49,409 nt of DNA, taken from assembly GCA_009922705.1 (NCBI GenBank), contig RFUY01000001.1, forward strand, positions 1-49,409, given 5' to 3'. The notes beneath the pieces are model-generated. The model searched no databases. It was not told the DNA's origin and was given only the letters and a program-made list of their open reading frames with translations. Made by a program: the position numbers and the translations under genes. The DNA comes from Gammaproteobacteria bacterium. GTDB lineage: Bacteria; Pseudomonadota; Gammaproteobacteria; Pseudomonadales; Litorivicinaceae. This document shows positions 46,723 to 49,409 of this stretch, in pieces; position 1 is the first letter of the stretch; every line of letters starts with the position of its first letter.

Positions 46723-47012
46723 AGGGCTTGATCTGGAGTACATCACGGGTTGGTTGGATCCAGCTGATCGGATGTGTTCGCATCAAGAGCCTAGCGGTCA
46801 CGGCGACTCAGCTGTCGATTGACGTGCTTGGACTGAAAACCTCATTAATCTGGCGTGCCGAGGATACTGCTGTCTGGGTCCTTGGGCCTTTTGTATTTAT
46901 CTCTGATCGCGACGCTCGGTCTTGTCCGCTGCATCTGTGCCTGTGGGGTGGAACGCGCATCCAACGCCGCCGCCTACGCTGGTTAAGCGCTGCTCAGTGG
47001 GACCGAACCTAA
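46719..47012 (+). CDS. Hypothetical protein at the ygfX position
   Basis: TTG overlaps the sdhE stop; lies between sdhE and nadB; C-terminal RRRLRWL. Confidence 0.45.
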   Translation: MKGLIWSTSRVGWIQLIGCVRIKSLAVTATQLSIDVLGLKTSLIWRAEDTAVWVLGPFVFISDRDARSCPLHLCLWGGTRIQRRRLRWLSAAQWDRT

Positions 47013-48607
47013 GACTTCCCAGGCGTTAACACAGTGTCTTTGGGATGCTTTGAAAGGTCCGGATGATCCAAGGTGTAATGGAGGCCTCGACTTTCTTGGC
47101 GACGTAGCGCACACCGAATGATCAATTCGGCGACAACCACCAGATTTCGTAATTCGATCAAGTCTGCGGTGACTTTATAGTTGGCGTAAAAATCTTGAAC
47201 TTCACGCGCCAACAGAACGACACGATTGAGGGCGCGTGTCAGGCGTTTATCGGTGCGTACAATGCCTACGTAATCCCACATAAATCGGCGTACTTCGGCC
47301 CAATTGTGGGTAATGATCACATCCTCATCACTGTCGGTGACTTGCGATGCGTCCCAGGCGGGCAAGCTCTGCTTGCGTGAATTTTGCGGGGCTAATCGTG
47401 CGGTGATATGAGCGGCGGCGGCGCGACCATAGACAATGCATTCCAGTAGCGAGTTCGAGGCCATCCGGTTGGCGCCGTGCAAGCCGGTGCTTGAGACTTC
47501 ACCGATGGCATACAGGCCTGCGAGATCTGTTTCCCCATGCTGATCGACCAGGACACCTCCACACGTGTAGTGCGCCGCTGGAACGACAGGGATCCAGTCT
47601 TGCGTCATGTCGATGTCGAGCTCGAGTAGCTTTTGGCGGATGGTCGGGAAATGATCGGCAATAAAGGGCTCGCCACGATGCGTGATGTCTAAATACACAT
47701 GTGCCAAGCCGAGTCGTTTCATTTCATGGTCGATCGCGCGCGCAACAATGTCGCGCGGGGCGAGTTCAGCGCGGGGGTCAAAGCCTGACATAAAGGCGGT
47801 GCCATCGGGGAGTCGAAGAATGCCTCCTTCACCGCGGACTGCTTCGGAGATTAAGAATGACTTCGCATCAGGGTGATACAAGCAGGTCGGATGAAATTGG
47901 TTGAATTCCATGTTCGCGACTCGACAGCCTGCCCGCCATGCCATGGCGATGCCATCGCCACTGGCGCCATCTGGATTTGATGTGTACTTGTAGACTTTGC
48001 TCGCCCCACCGGTTGCTAGAATCACCGCGTCTGCAGCAAAGGTGTCAATCACGCCGGTGTGTTTGTTAAGTACATAGCAACCACGGACGTGACGTCCGAC
48101 GCTGCCTCGGGCGGTGTCATAAATTAGATCAATGGCAATGTAGTTGTGGAAGAACTCAAGGTGCGGGGCCTGTTCGGCGCGTCGATCTAGCGCATCTTGA
48201 ATCGCCCAACCGGTTGCATCTGCGGCATGCAGAATGCGTCGATGAGAGTGCCCACCCTCACGCGTCAGATGGAAGGCATCTGAGTCTGCATCCCGGGTGA
48301 AAGCCACCCCTTGCTCGACCAACCAATCAATCGCTTCGCGGGCTTCAGTCACCACATACTCGACCACATCCTCATGACATAACCCAGCTCCCGCGATGAG
48401 TGTGTCGTCGATATGGCTTGCAATCGAATCTTGATCGTCAATCACAGCGGCAACGCCGCCTTGGGCCCACCGTGTTGATCCACCAGCTGGATCTTTGGTC
48501 AAAATTGCGACGCGGTAGTGCGCCGGTAGACTGAGGGCTGCGGTCATCCCGGCAGCGCCTGCGCCGAGAATGAGTACATCAAAGTGGTGGGTCACCGGAT
48601 CATGCAT
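47009..48607 (-). CDS. nadB: L-aspartate oxidase
   Basis: GAGAAG, WAQGG, TREGGHS.RRILH, QFHPT, SEAVRGEG, ELAPRD, AHYTCGG and GLHGANRMASNSLLE. Confidence 0.98.
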   Translation of the reverse strand: MHDPVTHHFDVLILGAGAAGMTAALSLPAHYRVAILTKDPAGGSTRWAQGGVAAVIDDQDSIASHIDDTLIAGAGLCHEDVVEYVVTEAREAIDWLVEQGVAFTRDADSDAFHLTREGGHSHRRILHAADATGWAIQDALDRRAEQAPHLEFFHNYIAIDLIYDTARGSVGRHVRGCYVLNKHTGVIDTFAADAVILATGGASKVYKYTSNPDGASGDGIAMAWRAGCRVANMEFNQFHPTCLYHPDAKSFLISEAVRGEGGILRLPDGTAFMSGFDPRAELAPRDIVARAIDHEMKRLGLAHVYLDITHRGEPFIADHFPTIRQKLLELDIDMTQDWIPVVPAAHYTCGGVLVDQHGETDLAGLYAIGEVSSTGLHGANRMASNSLLECIVYGRAAAAHITARLAPQNSRKQSLPAWDASQVTDSDEDVIITHNWAEVRRFMWDYVGIVRTDKRLTRALNRVVLLAREVQDFYANYKVTADLIELRNLVVVAELIIRCALRRQESRGLHYTLDHPDLSKHPKDTVLTPGKS

Positions 48608-48673
48608 CAAGCTTGTCCTTTGAAGAATGGCGTGTCATTGTTACTAACCCGTTGAAGATGCATTAAAAACAGC

Positions 48674-49288
48674 ATGAGCGCAGTGAGTCAGCCAGATCCG
48701 AGTCGGGATCTTAACAATGATCAGTTGCTTGTCGATCGCGCCAAGAGCGGGGATCGTCATGCGTTCGATTTGTTGGTGCTGAAATACCAATCACGCCTGT
48801 TGTCATTGGTCACACGTCTCGTGTCAAATCCCTCTGACGCGTTAGATGTGGTCCAGGAGACCTTTGTTAAAGCCTATCGGTCGCTCGACTCTTTTCGGGG
48901 CGACAGCGCATTTTATACGTGGTTGTATCGGATCGCAGTCAATACAGCGAAAAATTATGTCGCGTCGATGGCGAAAGCCAAGGCGGATATTTCAATGGAT
49001 GCGCTGGTCGGTGGCACAGATCACCTGCCCTCGTTTCAAGACATGGGATCCCCAGATCAGCAGTCATCGACGGATCAATTACAGGTGGCGATCTTGGATG
49101 CGATCGAGCAATTGCCTGAAGAACTGCGCGAGGCACTGACATTGCGTGAGTTGGAGGGGATGAGCTATGAGGAGATTGCTGATCGGATGCAGTGTCCCAT
49201 TGGTACAGTCCGTTCGCGCATCTTTCGTGCGCGAGAATCGGTTGTGACACAAATCCAGGCAAAATTTCCGGGAACTTATGTGTCATAG
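48674..49288 (+). CDS. rpoE: ECF sigma factor RpoE/AlgU
   Basis: AFDLLV.KYQ, DV.QE.F.KAYR, FYTWLYRIAVNTAKN and CPIGTVRSRIFRARE; divergent from nadB. Confidence 0.97.
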   Translation: MSAVSQPDPSRDLNNDQLLVDRAKSGDRHAFDLLVLKYQSRLLSLVTRLVSNPSDALDVVQETFVKAYRSLDSFRGDSAFYTWLYRIAVNTAKNYVASMAKAKADISMDALVGGTDHLPSFQDMGSPDQQSSTDQLQVAILDAIEQLPEELREALTLRELEGMSYEEIADRMQCPIGTVRSRIFRARESVVTQIQAKFPGTYVS

Positions 49289-49298
49289 TTTTGTCAAA
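49271..49298 (+). promoter_or_regulatory. sigmaE-dependent promoter for rseA, overlapping the rpoE 3' end
   Basis: GGAACTT-16 nt-TCAAA, an exact sigmaE consensus, 30 nt upstream of the rseA ATG. Confidence 0.8.
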
Positions 49299-49328
49299 GT
49301 CGTAAGACTGCTGTTTGAGAGAGCCTGA

Positions 49329-49409
49329 ATGACAGAAATGCTACGGACTGCGGTGTCCGCGTTGGTGGACCAGGAAGCGACCGAATTCGAGACGCGACGG
49401 GCCCTCGAT
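49329..49409 (+). CDS. rseA: Anti-sigmaE factor RseA/MucA, N-terminus (truncated by window)
   Basis: MTEMLRTAVSALVDQEATEFETRRALD fits the RseA N-terminal S.L.D.E motif; directly follows rpoE. Confidence 0.85.
   Translation, partial: MTEMLRTAVSALVDQEATEFETRRALD

Noticed and set aside
1-49409. CRISPR arrays, IS elements, integrases, prophage or defence genes, rRNA and tRNA
   Set aside because: None recognised by eye or in the ORF translations; a covariance-model scan would be needed to exclude small ncRNAs.

Overview
A 49.4 kb, densely packed chromosomal segment with moderately high GC. The ygfZ-sdhE-(ygfX)-nadB-rpoE-rseA block at the right end points to a gammaproteobacterium, and the many gene overlaps suggest a streamlined genome (inference). 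The left third is a nitrogen-scavenging supercluster: a urease operon ureDABCEFG with sigma54/NtrC-type sites abuts a urate-to-glyoxylate-plus-urea pathway (puuD, LysR, uraH, puuE, uraD, alc, allA, NCS2 permease). The middle holds mixed catabolic, lipid and transport genes plus several orphans, and an lhgO-SDR-TAXI/TRAP block. The right third holds panD, speE, speD, an acyltransferase, ung, ygfZ, sdhE, nadB, rpoE and the start of rseA. I found no rRNA, tRNA, CRISPR array, transposase or integrase. The most notable signals are missing from the ORF track: (1) a structured speD leader with a tiny amber-terminated uORF (MLVI*RDADPPGVIAID*) and mutually exclusive hairpins; (2) a 20-codon lipoprotein gene whose mature product would be the lipopentapeptide CISLF; (3) a DARS-like Fis/IHF/paired-DnaA-box element; (4) four tandem hairpins ahead of the purine permease; (5) a consensus sigmaE promoter feeding rseA, with none seen ahead of rpoE. 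All calls come from motif recognition by eye; no database searches were run.
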